IMG/VR virus record: IMGVR_UViG_3300021142_000017
Origin: an uncultured virus (IMG/VR IMGVR_UViG_3300021142_000017)
Taxonomy: Duplodnaviria > Heunggongvirae > Uroviricota > Caudoviricetes
Reading direction: 5' to 3' (one strand)
Length of the DNA stretch: 64,000 nucleotides
Below, one piece after another: positions 20,484-30,073 of this stretch. Position 1 is the stretch's first letter. Each line of letters opens with the position of its first letter. The position numbers were made by a program, and so were the translations under genes. The notes under the pieces are model-generated. The model searched no databases. It saw nothing but the letters and a program-made list of their open reading frames with translations, and was not told where the DNA came from.

Positions 20484-22058
20484 TTAACGGAAAAAAGGAG
20501 AGCTTGTAACCTCTACCGATGGCATTGTTAAATCCATAGTTAAAGAGCAGGCAATGGCCAAACTATCGGCAAAGTCATCATGGGCATGGGCTTCGTCTGG
20601 AGCTTTTGCCAGGAAGTTAGGGCCAGTAAACTTAGTCTCTAAGTCTGTCATCTGTTGCATAAACCTTTTGTGGGTACGCAGTCTTCTTGTTTTAGCATGG
20701 TTAGGAAAGCCTATTAATCTACGGTCAATTAAAGCCTTTAGATGTTTCCAACGCTTAGACTGCTCTGGTTGGCTGCTTCCAATTGAATGAACTTCTGCGC
20801 GAGGTAGCAACAGCTTAAGTCTTTGAGCAACTGCGTCACCTACACCGTTGGCATCCACACCGACAGCAAGTACGTCATAGCTATTTAAAAAGTTAACAAT
20901 TTGAAAGTATTGGTCTTCCCAGTCATCACCTTGAATCTCAAGCCAGTTAAGGATTCTATGGTCAAAGTATCCAAACTCATCTGGGCGGTCCCAGTCTACC
21001 CACACCACTGTAACAACTGTTGAGTCCATTTTACGAGCGGGGTCAATACCAACTACCACAGGTGAACGATGCCAAGCTTTTACTGTTTCTTGTGAAGTAT
21101 CTCCAAGCTCTTCCATAATGGTAGAGGTTACAAACATACCTCTTTCAAGAAGCCACCTGCAGCAATATGACATCTGAAATTCATCTGAGTCTTCACCAAT
21201 ACGTAGCATCTCTTTACGAATGAACTTACCGTAGTTTTCATTGTATTTAGCTACATCGCGCCAATCCCACTCAAAGTGGTTTTGTTTCATAGACTTACCT
21301 GTTTGGCGCCTTTTATTTAATTGAATAGAACGATAGAAGTTATTTTTATGGGTTGTAGGTGTCCCAGTCTTAACCATAGTTCCTGAGTAATAGGCCAACA
21401 TAGGTGAGATAGATTTAGATACTACAAAGTCATCAGCTTCTTGACACTCATCAATAACTACCATATGAAAAGACTTAGATTCAATCTTTGCACGTGGGTT
21501 AGCAGTCATCATCATAAGACTGCTGCCTGAGTTTTTAAGTTTAATTTGACGTGTAACTCCAGGGACTTTGCCTAGAGAATCATCAATCTCAGGGTCTCCT
21601 AGAATCTCAAGTGCGCGCTCGCTAGTAAGGCGGTTTACGGTACGACCAAACAAGGTTTCTACCTGGCCTTCAACTGGGGCAAACATTCCAATCCAAATTC
21701 CATCTTTAAACTTACCAAGAAGGTCTGGATACATTTTTGCTAAACGTGGAAGTAGAACCATAAGCGCGGCTACGGTATTAGCAATAGTTTCTGATTTACC
21801 AGATTGACGGGCTGCTAGAGCTGTTACTTCTTCACCATCATTAACAATAACTGATTCAATAATACGTCTAGCCAAAGGCATTTGATAAGGATGAAGCTCG
21901 TGACCTACAAGCGCGGTTTGAAACTGTATGCAGCGGTCTACAAGCTTGTTTACAAACTCTTTAGAGAGTTCATCAAGTTCTTCTACCTCTTCTTCAGGGG
22001 CAGCGTCTCCCCCATCTTCTGGGTAGAACTCTTCATCATCTTCTATTAGTTGGTCCAT
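20484..22058 (-). CDS. terL: Terminase large subunit
   Basis: Walker A ARQSGKS, Walker B VVIDE, TGTP, nuclease motifs GIDPA, VDANGVG and HDD. Confidence 0.92.
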   Translation of the reverse strand: MDQLIEDDEEFYPEDGGDAAPEEEVEELDELSKEFVNKLVDRCIQFQTALVGHELHPYQMPLARRIIESVIVNDGEEVTALAARQSGKSETIANTVAALMVLLPRLAKMYPDLLGKFKDGIWIGMFAPVEGQVETLFGRTVNRLTSERALEILGDPEIDDSLGKVPGVTRQIKLKNSGSSLMMMTANPRAKIESKSFHMVVIDECQEADDFVVSKSISPMLAYYSGTMVKTGTPTTHKNNFYRSIQLNKRRQTGKSMKQNHFEWDWRDVAKYNENYGKFIRKEMLRIGEDSDEFQMSYCCRWLLERGMFVTSTIMEELGDTSQETVKAWHRSPVVVGIDPARKMDSTVVTVVWVDWDRPDEFGYFDHRILNWLEIQGDDWEDQYFQIVNFLNSYDVLAVGVDANGVGDAVAQRLKLLLPRAEVHSIGSSQPEQSKRWKHLKALIDRRLIGFPNHAKTRRLRTHKRFMQQMTDLETKFTGPNFLAKAPDEAHAHDDFADSLAIACSLTMDLTMPSVEVTSSPFFR

Positions 22059-22081
22059 ATGCGCCTAGTCTAAAGGTAAAC

Positions 22082-22108
22082 AAAAAGCCTGGGCGTTTAA
22101 ACCCAGGC
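22082..22108 (-). terminator. Intrinsic terminator
   Basis: GCCTGGG...CCCAGGC stem plus T-run on the minus strand. Confidence 0.65.
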
Positions 22109-22177
22109 AATTTTGCTGCCACCACGGGGAGAGGAAGAGAGGCAGGATAAGTGTATCACAAAAGTCGACAAATCTAT

Positions 22178-22426
22178 TTAGACACGCGTCATGCGTTTAT
22201 GCAGCTCTTCTACAACAGCGTGTAGGGCTTCTGCACCCATCACAGCCTCATCTAAATAAGCTTGCTCTCTATTTCTTTGGTAAGAAGAAAGACAACGACC
22301 TACATCATAAATAGCGTTATCTACCCATTGTTCTAATTCACCAGTAGGAATCTTTGCAACTCTTTTTGCCACCTTTTCTGAAAAAGGCTTATCCCAAGTT
22401 TTAGCTTTTTTCTTTAACATGCTCAC
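22178..22426 (-). CDS. Hypothetical protein
   Basis: Helical ORF in the operon; start uncertain. Confidence 0.6.
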   Translation of the reverse strand: MSMLKKKAKTWDKPFSEKVAKRVAKIPTGELEQWVDNAIYDVGRCLSSYQRNREQAYLDEAVMGAEALHAVVEELHKRMTRV

Positions 22427-22670
22427 GCGCCTTCATAGCCTTAATAAGAATCTCATCAATGGCTTCGTCGTTATCTGGATGAATATTTGGGTTTTTAACC
22501 CATAGTCCTAAATAAAATCCTGGATGGGTAAAAGGTGCGCGAACTACTAGGCACTTGCCTTCTCTAAAAGGGTGCTCTGTTTCTTGAGTAGTTCCTACCT
22601 CAACAATAGGAAAAGGCTTCCTATGCCAATACTGCAATACTCCGCCGTATAGTGCTCCGTATGTTTTCAA
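22401..22670 (-). CDS. Hypothetical protein
   Basis: TTG start with AAGGAG RBS; tightly packed. Confidence 0.6.
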   Translation of the reverse strand: MKTYGALYGGVLQYWHRKPFPIVEVGTTQETEHPFREGKCLVVRAPFTHPGFYLGLWVKNPNIHPDNDEAIDEILIKAMKAREHVKEKS

Positions 22671-23129
22671 TTAGTTCTCCTTAAAGAAGTCCTGCGCCTT
22701 CCAGTTCTGTAGGTTTCCCTTTTGAATAGAATTTGCTTTAGACGCCGTGTCACTGAACCTGGCAAGTGTACCAGCAGAAATATCCCTGATTTGCGCTGGC
22801 CCATGAGCTGAGCAGCTGCCCTCTAGGGTGGGTAGGTAAGAATTAGTTGAGCGGCTATTTTTAAGACCAAGCCAGACATCGGTAGAGACATCCTCATACT
22901 GCCACCAAGTATTGTCTCTAAATACAATATAGACAGTCTTTGTATTTGGGTTATAACCAATAGATAAAGCTCGTGGACGACCAGGTTTTTCTGTAGGGGC
23001 TGTGACTGTTTCAGAACCTACATTTGAAATTTCCAAAGGCATTTCAACTTCAATGTCATCTTTTTTAACTTGCAATGACTCTTGAAACTCTGATGCCATT
23101 GTGTCTTTAAGAGTTTTTCTACTTGCCAT
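22671..23129 (-). CDS. KTSC-like domain protein
   Basis: SIGYNP..KTVYIVFRD..WWQYEDV...W..LK.S.S pattern. Confidence 0.55.
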   Translation of the reverse strand: MASRKTLKDTMASEFQESLQVKKDDIEVEMPLEISNVGSETVTAPTEKPGRPRALSIGYNPNTKTVYIVFRDNTWWQYEDVSTDVWLGLKNSRSTNSYLPTLEGSCSAHGPAQIRDISAGTLARFSDTASKANSIQKGNLQNWKAQDFFKEN

Positions 23130-23389
23130 TATTCCTCACAAATATGATTGTCAGTATCTGTCTCTAGTACTCTAGATAAGCATACCCCACAACGCAAGTA
23201 CTTAGGTGGGCTGTAGTTATTCTGTACGGTGGCGCCTAATGGAAAATCTGAGCCGTCCTCATTAAAGGCTGGGGTGTCATAAACAATTGTTGGTTCATCA
23301 AAAAGTTCTCTTGGGAATGGGCCTCTAGGCTCAATCATCCTATCTGGAACTGGATGTACTTGCTTAGCTTGGTGCCTAGTTACTCTCAC
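23129..23389 (-). CDS. Hypothetical protein with CxxC...HxC motif
   Basis: GTG start at MRVTRHQAKQ preferred because the longer ORF overlaps the upstream gene; RCGVC...HIC. Confidence 0.55.
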   Translation of the reverse strand: MRVTRHQAKQVHPVPDRMIEPRGPFPRELFDEPTIVYDTPAFNEDGSDFPLGATVQNNYSPPKYLRCGVCLSRVLETDTDNHICEE

Positions 23390-23639
23390 TTGAAGGCGCC
23401 TTTGCTTCGGCAGTCTTTGTAGTAGATTTCTTTTTAATAGGCTTTTCAACTGGCGCATCAATTACTTCTTCTACAACAGCTTCAACCTTTTCAACAACAG
23501 CTGATACTAATGGGAAATGTCCCGCTTGGGCACGAGCATGTAGCCAATGAGGTAAACACTTTGTGCAGTAATGCGCAGGGTTGACTCCTGGGTCAGCGTG
23601 TGTATATGCCGCTTCGTTAGAACAGTTATCGCACTTCAT
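23376..23639 (-). CDS. Zn-finger protein with a low-complexity tail
   Basis: CDNC...CTKC; GGAGG RBS; TGCTATACT -10 upstream. Confidence 0.65.
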   Translation of the reverse strand: MKCDNCSNEAAYTHADPGVNPAHYCTKCLPHWLHARAQAGHFPLVSAVVEKVEAVVEEVIDAPVEKPIKKKSTTKTAEAKAPSSESN

Positions 23640-23670
23640 TTAATCCTCCTAGATATGGCCTCAGTATAGC

Positions 23671-23699
23671 AAAAGGCGCCCCATAAAGAGGCGCCTTTT
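23671..23699. terminator. Bidirectional-type terminator after the lysis genes
   Basis: AAAAGGCGCC...GGCGCCTTTT. Confidence 0.7.
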
Positions 23700-23710
23700 G
23701 TTTTAATGAC

Positions 23711-24022
23711 TTACTTAGTTGTTGGTGCGTTTGCTTCGATAGCAGCCTTAGCAACAGCCTTTTGAGCGTCTGCTACTGCGGTTGTTGCTACGGAGGTTAG
23801 GGCAGCAGTTGTTGTTGCGTCTAGATGCTCCTGCTTAGCTAGGTCTGATACAACACCTTTAGGGTTGAACTTAGCAAGCAGTGGACCAACGACACCGATT
23901 AGTGCAGCCCATAGGACGTGCTTGATGTGGTGGTTTCCTGTTTGCCAAATAGCCACTGCTGATGCAGCAGTTGCGTAAACGTAGTGCTCTACAAGAGCTT
24001 TTTCAGATTTGGTAATGTGCAT
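23711..24022 (-). CDS. Putative holin
   Basis: Two hydrophobic segments, GPLLAKFNP motif, lysis cassette. Confidence 0.6.
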   Translation of the reverse strand: MHITKSEKALVEHYVYATAASAVAIWQTGNHHIKHVLWAALIGVVGPLLAKFNPKGVVSDLAKQEHLDATTTAALTSVATTAVADAQKAVAKAAIEANAPTTK

Positions 24023-24024
24023 TA

Positions 24025-24252
24025 TTACTCCTCTATATTGTTAACATATGGGGTTACGATATGAGAATCTGCCTGAACGTTTGGTTTAGACGAATCCTCA
24101 CTGTGAGATGCTACACCCGCTATGGCAGCAGCCGCAACTGCAGCAAGGTGTTTTGGGTCAGTAGAGTAGCCCGTAGCAGCCCAGGTCCCCATAGCGGCTG
24201 TACCTGAAATAGCTACGTGTACTGGATTGGTGACGTTAAGCTTTATTCCCAC
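24025..24252 (-). CDS. Small membrane protein (holin-like)
   Basis: Two Ala-rich hydrophobic helices, lysis cassette. Confidence 0.5.
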   Translation of the reverse strand: MGIKLNVTNPVHVAISGTAAMGTWAATGYSTDPKHLAAVAAAAIAGVASHSEDSSKPNVQADSHIVTPYVNNIEE

Positions 24253-24565
24253 GTATATGCTCCAAAATCTCTTTTATATGGCGCCTAACCTCTTCAATGT
24301 GGTTATGGGTCTCTTGGTCCAATTTAAGGTCTTTAGTAATAATACGCCTGTCCTCATTGCCTGAACGGTTAGTTGCGTTTAAAAGTAAACCAGAAAGCAA
24401 GATGGACTCTAGTGAAACAGTAAGGGTTAGAAGATTAAATGGGTATGGGTCAAAGATAGCAAAAGCCATCCAAAGAGACCAGAAAATAATATGTATGATT
24501 AAGAACCAAGGGGAGCCAAAAGCAGTAGATGCCCAGTCAGACATCTTTTGAAAGTACTTCATCAC
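24236..24565 (-). CDS. DUF1003-like membrane protein
   Basis: FGS.WF...FDPYPFNLLTL.VSLESI.LS motif. Confidence 0.75.
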   Translation of the reverse strand: MMKYFQKMSDWASTAFGSPWFLIIHIIFWSLWMAFAIFDPYPFNLLTLTVSLESILLSGLLLNATNRSGNEDRRIITKDLKLDQETHNHIEEVRRHIKEILEHIRGNKA

Positions 24566-25422
24566 TTACCCGCTTCCTTTATCATTGAGGCGTAGGTCGC
24601 CGCATCTAATCCTTTGGAGCGCTTTAAGTTAGAAAACTTCTTTTGATATACAGGTATTAATGCCAAATCCTCGGCAGTTAGTGTTCCAGTGACTAAGTTA
24701 CTTGGAAGTAGTCCAGCTTTTTCCAAAGCCCGTTCTACAATCATGGCCGCTTGATTTTTATATCCAACTTTAAATGCGGATGTTCCAGGAAAAGGTGGAG
24801 CAACAATTACTGTAGGTGGCGTTGTTTGTGTTGAGCCTGAGTTATTGTGGAGAACAGCGGCTCCGCCACCTGTAAGGGCTGTAGCACCCGCAACACCTGT
24901 TGCAAGTATTCTATTTGTTCCTACGGATTTAGCAGGAGTAGAACTGCCAGAGTAATTAGGACGGCATATAGCCATTACGTATAGATATGGTCTGTGCCTT
25001 AGGTAAACACCGTTACCGTTTGCTTGAGAGGCTGTTAAGGCATGGTCAGGGCTAGTGTTACCACCAATAGTTGTTATGCCGTCTTTAGAGGCGCCAACAA
25101 TAATCTCAACATGGTCAGGTTGCCCATGACCAGCAAAGCTATAAAAAACAATATCCCCTGGTAGACCTTCATATTTACCAACTACTTGTTTATTCTTTTG
25201 AAACCAAGAAAGCCCATCAGGACAGTAAGAGAACCCCTTAGGGGTTTGAGCCGCGACAAGGTGAGAGGCATTAGCTTGAGCAAAACACCAGGAAACGAAC
25301 ATGGCGCAATAAGGCTGGTTGTTTACCCCGTACCAAGCCCCGTATATGTTGTCGTTGTTAGGGCCTTCAACAAAACCCACTTGCTTTTGGGCAATGTTTA
25401 CAATATCTAATCCTGCGGTCAC
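24562..25422 (-). CDS. Endolysin with a CHAP/cysteine amidase domain and putative wall-binding C-terminus
   Basis: QPYCAMFVSWCF, PGDIVF, DHVEI, TIGGNT. Confidence 0.85.
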   Translation of the reverse strand: MTAGLDIVNIAQKQVGFVEGPNNDNIYGAWYGVNNQPYCAMFVSWCFAQANASHLVAAQTPKGFSYCPDGLSWFQKNKQVVGKYEGLPGDIVFYSFAGHGQPDHVEIIVGASKDGITTIGGNTSPDHALTASQANGNGVYLRHRPYLYVMAICRPNYSGSSTPAKSVGTNRILATGVAGATALTGGGAAVLHNNSGSTQTTPPTVIVAPPFPGTSAFKVGYKNQAAMIVERALEKAGLLPSNLVTGTLTAEDLALIPVYQKKFSNLKRSKGLDAATYASMIKEAGK

Positions 25423-25901
25423 TGGTAAATCAATCTTGCTGCTAAGTCACCTGGAACCACTAAATAGTCTGGCTTATCTACCAAATTAATACCAGCTTTG
25501 GAATAGCACTCTTCTACAAGCTCTGAACAGATAAATCCATTTTTAGAAGCTAGGCGCTTAATTAAAGAAAGATTAGCTAACACTTTAAGCCCTAAGATAC
25601 GAAAGGCAAGTACGGCAATAGTAAAAAAGTTATAAGGTTTTCCTATAGCATCTACAGCTGCATTAACTATAGTTTCTCTTTGAGCTTCGGTTAGGGCCTC
25701 ATGTTGGTTCCAAGCAACGTCTTTATAGTTACTTAAAGGGCTTTGTTTAACCCCAGTAGGGTCTGCTCCAATAATGAAGTCTTTATCAATATAAATAAAA
25801 CAGTGGTTCCAACGGGAGAAAGTTCCTAAACGGATTAACCAACCGAAGAACCCGTTAGTCTTGACTACTCCGTAGTCTCCTGGACGGGGTGTATAACTCA
25901 T
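25419..25901 (-). CDS. Permuted papain-like NlpC/P60 (YaeF/YiiX-type) protein
   Basis: RPGD...WNHCFIY...GKPYN...FICSELV...PGDL (His before Cys). Confidence 0.8.
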   Translation of the reverse strand: MSYTPRPGDYGVVKTNGFFGWLIRLGTFSRWNHCFIYIDKDFIIGADPTGVKQSPLSNYKDVAWNQHEALTEAQRETIVNAAVDAIGKPYNFFTIAVLAFRILGLKVLANLSLIKRLASKNGFICSELVEECYSKAGINLVDKPDYLVVPGDLAARLIYQ

Positions 25902-26200
25902 TCATTCCACTCTTCCACATGCTGCTCAAAACGGCCTTCAAGCTTGTCAACCTTAGATTCAACTTTATCTAGCTTGGTATCAATCTTTTGTTGGGCCGCA
26001 CGAAGTTCTTGAACTAATGGTAGAACCTCTAAACGAATAACATCGCTCAAAGACGTTCCATGATTAGGCTTTAGCTCAGAAAGATATTCTGAGACCATGG
26101 TTTTTGTATGATTTTGCAGTGCCCAGCGGACAACAGCCAAAACGGAACCTCCAATAAATAGCGCGGACGATGTGGTGGCTATAACAGTTGTAGTATCCAT
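25898..26200 (-). CDS. Membrane-anchored coiled-coil protein in the lysis cassette
   Basis: Start at MDTTTV preferred; one TM helix, ELKPNHGTSL, heptad tail. Confidence 0.6.
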   Translation of the reverse strand: MDTTTVIATTSSALFIGGSVLAVVRWALQNHTKTMVSEYLSELKPNHGTSLSDVIRLEVLPLVQELRAAQQKIDTKLDKVESKVDKLEGRFEQHVEEWNE

Positions 26201-26391
26201 TGTCAACCCAATTCTCAATATGTGAGTAATTATAAAAAAGCAGTGGGTTGTCCGAAATAAATAGCTCAAAATATGCGATTTAGTATATTTTTGCACATAA
26301 TTTTTAATTTTTCTGCCTAAATTGCCTTCTACAAGTTGACAAGCAGAGTAACTCTAGTGTTTCCTTAGAAATGCAACTGAGAGGAGCAGTA

Positions 26392-26907
26392 ATGCTTAAT
26401 ATCAGAATCAATTTCACAATTGATGTACGTAAGGCACTTAGAGTGATTGGGGCATGTTTGTTGATGTGGGTACAACTACTACAACCAGCAAACGCGCTTC
26501 CAGCACAGGTGTCACATGAGAAGCAAGTGACAGTTTCTCTTGAGTACTTAACTGTGAAAACCACAAGGTTAGATGCCAAGAAAGCCTTGGCTAGTACTTA
26601 CGTTAAGTACTTTGACCCTCAGACTATTGCGTTCCTAACGGAATACGCATCTGGCGAGTCTATGGCAGAATGGAAATGCCTAAACTCACTTTGGTCACAC
26701 GAGAGTCATTTTAATCCCAAGGCCCTTAATATGGGCTCACATGCCTTTGGCATCGCACAATTTTTGCCTTCTACGTGGGGCAATTACAAGTTAGAAAAGA
26801 CACCTGTAGCTTCCCTGCAAATTCAATACGGGTTACATTACATCGCTAAAAGATACGGAGACAACTGTAATGCTTGGAAGTTTTGGGAAGAACACGGATG
26901 GTATTAA
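26392..26907 (+). CDS. Secreted lytic transglycosylase (SLT/Rpf-like)
   Basis: Signal-like N-terminus; CL..LWSHES.FNP.A...S.AFGIAQ...QI..GL.YI..RYG..C.AW...GWY; GAGGAG RBS. Confidence 0.85.
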   Translation: MLNIRINFTIDVRKALRVIGACLLMWVQLLQPANALPAQVSHEKQVTVSLEYLTVKTTRLDAKKALASTYVKYFDPQTIAFLTEYASGESMAEWKCLNSLWSHESHFNPKALNMGSHAFGIAQFLPSTWGNYKLEKTPVASLQIQYGLHYIAKRYGDNCNAWKFWEEHGWY

Positions 26908-27145
26908 TGCACCTATCTTTGATGGTACTCAGGTCTGTGCTCAAATGGACCCCGATGCCTTCTTTCCAGACAACCCAGTAGATTACGTAAACAATCTGCG
27001 CGTACTTAAACCAATATGTAACAGTTGCCAATTTCAAACACCGTGTTTGAAATACGCGTTGGATAACCCAGAATTAGTAGGTATATGGGCAGGAACCAGC
27101 TATAAAGACAGGCTTGCTATAAAAAAGCAAAAAGTTAGTGCATAA
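26870..27145 (+). CDS. whiB: WhiB-family Fe-S transcription factor
   Basis: C...DP.AFFP...CxxC-x5-C...GIWAG; start uncertain. Confidence 0.9.
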   Translation: MLGSFGKNTDGINAPIFDGTQVCAQMDPDAFFPDNPVDYVNNLRVLKPICNSCQFQTPCLKYALDNPELVGIWAGTSYKDRLAIKKQKVSA

Positions 27146-27180
27146 AAAAAGCCCCTCGATTTCTCGGGGGGCTTTTCTTT
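27144..27180. terminator. Bidirectional terminator between convergent genes
   Basis: A7-GCCCCTCGA...TCGGGGGGC-TTTTCTTT. Confidence 0.8.
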
Positions 27181-27188
27181 TAAACTAG

Positions 27189-28637
27189 TTATGCAATATA
27201 TGTAAATGTTCCATCTTGAGTTCCTGGGTTTTCACCAGTTGGAAGTTTGTACAGAACCAAGTTAACTGAAGCACCCAATGTTTGAGTTCCAGTTAAGCTT
27301 TGGCTGTAAACTGTTCCTGCATTGTCTACAGTAGCTCCTGTAGTGCGGTATGTGATTGTTCCTGTATTAAAGTCAGCATTTCCAAGTAGGCGGTCAGCCT
27401 CACGGAAAGTCTTTCCAGTGACTGTTGGAACTGTTGCTGTTGAAGCAGAAGCAGCGATTGTCACTACTGCGTTTCCTGCTACACCTGTAAGTGCTGAGTC
27501 TGTAGCAGCATTTGTAACTGTAAATTGAGTAGCAGTCGCAGAAGCGATTGTTACAGCAGATAAGTTAAATGCTGAAGCAGTTGTGTAGGTCTTTGCGTAG
27601 TACTGAGTACCAATTGGTTGAGATGAACCAGCTGATACATAGTTGTAAAGACCTGTGATTGTTACAGTCTGTCCTGATGTAAATGCGTTGTTAGCTGTGT
27701 ATGTAACAGTTGTGCCGTCAGATGAAACAGCAGTAACTGTTCCATATAGCTTTGTTGCTGGGTTGAATCCACCGTTAGCGGTATTCTGTGGGAAAGCATC
27801 CCAACCATTGATAGCGCGAACATGGTTATCAGCAGGAACTGTGTAAGAGTTCAATCCAATAGACTTTGAAGGGTCTGTTGCTGAAATTGTATAGCTCGCA
27901 TAGTCTGTTGTGGTTCCCCAAGCAACGTCTGCACCAAATCCTGGAATATTGTCAACATTTACTGTTGCAGTTCCTGTTTGAGTAGTTAGAGCAGCTGATG
28001 GAAGAGTTACGCTTGCTGAAACAACAGGCGTTACCAAGAATTGTGAAGTACTTAGGCTTGTAGCCAACACAGTACCTGTTAGGTTGTAACCAGAAGCTAC
28101 CTTAACTGTTGCACTAGTAAATACTGGTGAAGCAGCTGTGATAGAGGCAGGAGCAGCTACAGCAGCTACAAAACTTGTGTTAGCTGTAACAGTGCTGACG
28201 TACCATGTTCCGTTAAGAGTACCAACAGTTGCACCTGTTGCACCTGAGATTGTTACAACAGAACCTACTACGATACCTGTTGTGCTTGCAGTTGTGAAGG
28301 TAACAGTTGTGCTTGCTCCTGAACCAGAAACTGTAGCACCTGTAAGTGTTGGGGTAGCTGTTGCTCCCAAACCTGTAACTGTTACGATTTGTCCTGCATT
28401 GAATTCATTTACAGCTGTGTATGTAATTGTTCCAGAGCTGTTAGAAGCACCTGTTACTGATGCAGTTACATAGTCAGGGTATGAGTTTCCTGTTCCGCCG
28501 CCTGTTGCGTTATAGGTAACTGGTGATGTACCAGAGCGGTCGTCATTTGTTTGAAGAGGCAAGTTGCCCCATACAAAATCTACAGCAACGTTGCCTGCAG
28601 TATTTTGCTTATATCCAGAGTCGCGAATTGCGGCCAT
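27189..28637 (-). CDS. Thr/Ser/Ala-rich virion protein with repeated beta domains and a C-terminal PASTA-like domain
   Basis: Three repeats (TVTYTA...F..GQ.VTITG); C-terminal VPTVTGKT..EA..LL...VYSQS...GASVNLV; own promoter and terminator. Confidence 0.65.
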   Translation of the reverse strand: MAAIRDSGYKQNTAGNVAVDFVWGNLPLQTNDDRSGTSPVTYNATGGGTGNSYPDYVTASVTGASNSSGTITYTAVNEFNAGQIVTVTGLGATATPTLTGATVSGSGASTTVTFTTASTTGIVVGSVVTISGATGATVGTLNGTWYVSTVTANTSFVAAVAAPASITAASPVFTSATVKVASGYNLTGTVLATSLSTSQFLVTPVVSASVTLPSAALTTQTGTATVNVDNIPGFGADVAWGTTTDYASYTISATDPSKSIGLNSYTVPADNHVRAINGWDAFPQNTANGGFNPATKLYGTVTAVSSDGTTVTYTANNAFTSGQTVTITGLYNYVSAGSSQPIGTQYYAKTYTTASAFNLSAVTIASATATQFTVTNAATDSALTGVAGNAVVTIAASASTATVPTVTGKTFREADRLLGNADFNTGTITYRTTGATVDNAGTVYSQSLTGTQTLGASVNLVLYKLPTGENPGTQDGTFTYIA

Positions 28638-28690
28638 TGATTTTCCAATCTATAGATGGGTTTAACGTCCCATGCGCCTGGGACCTTCTA

Positions 28691-28725
28691 AGTTTATCTA
28701 GCAAACTAGAAAGTGTCGGGCTTTA
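28691..28725 (-). promoter_or_regulatory. Putative late promoter
   Basis: TAAAG-CCCGAC-18 nt-TAAACT. Confidence 0.5.
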
Positions 28726-28745
28726 ATACTTAAGGGTTTAAAGGG

Positions 28746-29225
28746 TTAAGCGCCCATAAACAAGAAAATGTCTTGAAGACCAGCTGAAATAGATGATGCG
28801 TTAGCTCCATTAAAAGAACCAGTAGCATCAACATAACTAACTATAGTTCCTGCTGAGTTTTGCCACTCTTGAAGGTTTGCGCTTTGTCCACTTGTTGCTT
28901 GAATAACAAGGCCTTTTATAGAAGCAGAAGATGGCGTAATGATATTTGCACTATCTCCAGTTTTACGAAGATACTGGGTATGGGCATCTGCAACAACACC
29001 CTTTTCAATATTAGCAAGGCGTGCTGTTACTGTTAAATAATCGGTGGCTGTGTTTGCCCATCCAGAGGCAGAGGCTGCTGTAGCTAAAGAAGGACTAACT
29101 CCTAGAGCGTTCTCAATAGCAACGACCTCATCTTGAATGGCATTTGGGTGCCCCGCATCGATGATTTCGGTTACATTTACATGTGTAGTAAAGGTCTTTA
29201 CGGAACTGGGATATGTGGCTGCCAT
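28746..29225 (-). CDS. Virion structural protein
   Basis: YPSSV...H.NAIQDEVVAIENALG; QSANLQEWQNS; C-terminal FLFMGA resembles the FMLIGA end of 9944-10864. Confidence 0.65.
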   Translation of the reverse strand: MAATYPSSVKTFTTHVNVTEIIDAGHPNAIQDEVVAIENALGVSPSLATAASASGWANTATDYLTVTARLANIEKGVVADAHTQYLRKTGDSANIITPSSASIKGLVIQATSGQSANLQEWQNSAGTIVSYVDATGSFNGANASSISAGLQDIFLFMGA

Positions 29226-29270
29226 TTCAGTCCTTTCATTGGGAGCATCTCTATGATACTTCCTATTTGA

Positions 29271-29438
29271 TTAATTTTGGTGCTCTCCGTTAGGTCCTTT
29301 TCCTGGACCCATATATGTAGCAATACGTGGACGTTCCTGCTCATTTATAAATAAACGACGAATTCCAAACCTAGAATCTTTAAAAACTGTTGGTTTAGCA
29401 ACAGATTCTTTAAAATTCATTTTACGTTGGCGCTTCAT
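29271..29438 (-). CDS. Small basic protein
   Basis: MKRQRK start by ATGA overlap. Confidence 0.5.
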   Translation of the reverse strand: MKRQRKMNFKESVAKPTVFKDSRFGIRRLFINEQERPRIATYMGPGKGPNGEHQN

Positions 29439-29602
29439 ACTGACCAACGATTCCATTGCTTAGCGTTTATGCTTTTACCTTTTAAAACTATAGGGGATGT
29501 AACACGCGTCAACATATCTCTAAATTGACGAGAACCTGTTACTGGCAAAGATACGGAAGAGTGAATATTTGATTTTAGCGTATCTTTTTTGCGCTTTGCC
29601 AT
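29435..29602 (-). CDS. Small basic protein (55 aa)
   Basis: MAKRKKDTLKSNIHSSVSLPVTGSRQFRD...; fills the gap; not in the ORF track. Confidence 0.55.
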   Translation of the reverse strand: MAKRKKDTLKSNIHSSVSLPVTGSRQFRDMLTRVTSPIVLKGKSINAKQWNRWSV

Positions 29603-29604
29603 TA

Positions 29605-29958
29605 TTAAATAATATCTCGTAAATCTACAGACGGAGAAGAGGCAATTTTATTAAATTGACGATTAGAGCTATACCTATCAATATCAGCTCTTTGCTTTGA
29701 AGTAAGTTTACTAACTTTACCAGTATCAGCACTTCTCTTGTGTGTTGGGTTTTCTCCTGTAGTACGTGGGTCTACTTTTGCCATAGATGGGTTTTTAGAA
29801 GTGGTTTTAGTTGCCGCTGGTTCTTTTGCTGGTTTTGCAAATTTAGATGTGGCAGGTTTTTTAGCTTTAGACAAAGCTCTACCGCGCCTTAAAGAGCCTT
29901 TTACAATCGCGCCAATATTAGACGCTGCTTCAAGGTCAATAGAACGTTTATTAATCAT
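29605..29958 (-). CDS. Lys-rich protein
   Basis: Low-complexity basic ORF; TAGAAT-6 nt-ATG. Confidence 0.6.
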   Translation of the reverse strand: MINKRSIDLEAASNIGAIVKGSLRRGRALSKAKKPATSKFAKPAKEPAATKTTSKNPSMAKVDPRTTGENPTHKRSADTGKVSKLTSKQRADIDRYSSNRQFNKIASSPSVDLRDII

Positions 29959-30064
29959 GTTCTGATTCTAGGTGCTTTTCCTCGCACGAACGTGCTAAAG
30001 ATGGGACCACCCAATTTTTATTACATATTGTGCACCGATAGTTAGTGTCTAGGGGTTTACCCAC
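29951..30064 (-). CDS. Mini Zn-finger protein (37 aa)
   Basis: MGKPLDTNYRCTICNKNWVVPSLARSCEEKHLESEHD; AAGGAG RBS. Confidence 0.5.
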   Translation of the reverse strand: MGKPLDTNYRCTICNKNWVVPSLARSCEEKHLESEHD

Positions 30065-30073
30065 ACTATCTCC

